Origin: Callorhinchus milii
Lineage: Eukaryota
DNA: 64,000 nucleotides
Reading direction: 5' to 3'
Assembly (NCBI RefSeq): GCF_018977255.1
Contig: NW_024704743.1
Coordinates: 102,302,001 to 102,366,000 of the forward strand
In this document: one piece after another, positions 63,919 to 64,000 of the stretch
Layout of the letters: each line of letters starts with the position of its first letter
Numbering within the stretch: position 1 is the stretch's first letter
Position numbers and translations under genes: made by a program
Notes under the pieces: model-generated
What the model was told of the DNA's origin: nothing
The model's input: only the letters and a program-made list of their open reading frames with translations
Databases searched by the model: none

Positions 63919-64000
63919 GCCTATCTATGCAATATAGCCTGTAATTACCCCCATCAAACTGTGTGTGTAAAGATTGAGACTTCAATGACATTTTGTGTTT

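Overview
Repeat-rich, non-coding eukaryotic DNA; by inference a cartilaginous fish (probably a holocephalan such as Callorhinchus), based on the CR1/L2 LINE plus Deu-type SINE content. I found no host protein-coding exon I can recognise: every informative ORF in the track is a broken LINE ORF2 fragment or SINE read-through, so this looks like an intron or gene desert. Contents: (1) many CR1 and L2 fragments, including a 2.9-kb L2 covering endonuclease to 3' tail; (2) about 13 young tRNA-Ala(TGC)-headed SINEs with an L2-like tail, plus two older related SINE generations; (3) a clean 794-bp solo LTR (TGTTAGAA...TTCTAACA, ATCC target-site duplication) carrying a 39-bp tandem array; (4) a ~560-bp interspersed repeat I cannot classify, six copies, with a conserved terminal stem-loop; (5) a palindromic MITE-like family, a 120-bp long inverted repeat, tail-to-tail SINE fold-backs and a probable ~1-kb inversion; (6) TE-poor unique stretches in the last 13 kb that may hold regulatory elements. 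The sequence alone does not establish a new biological system; the unclassified repeat and the solo LTR are the best leads. Boundaries of old elements are approximate (aligned by eye).
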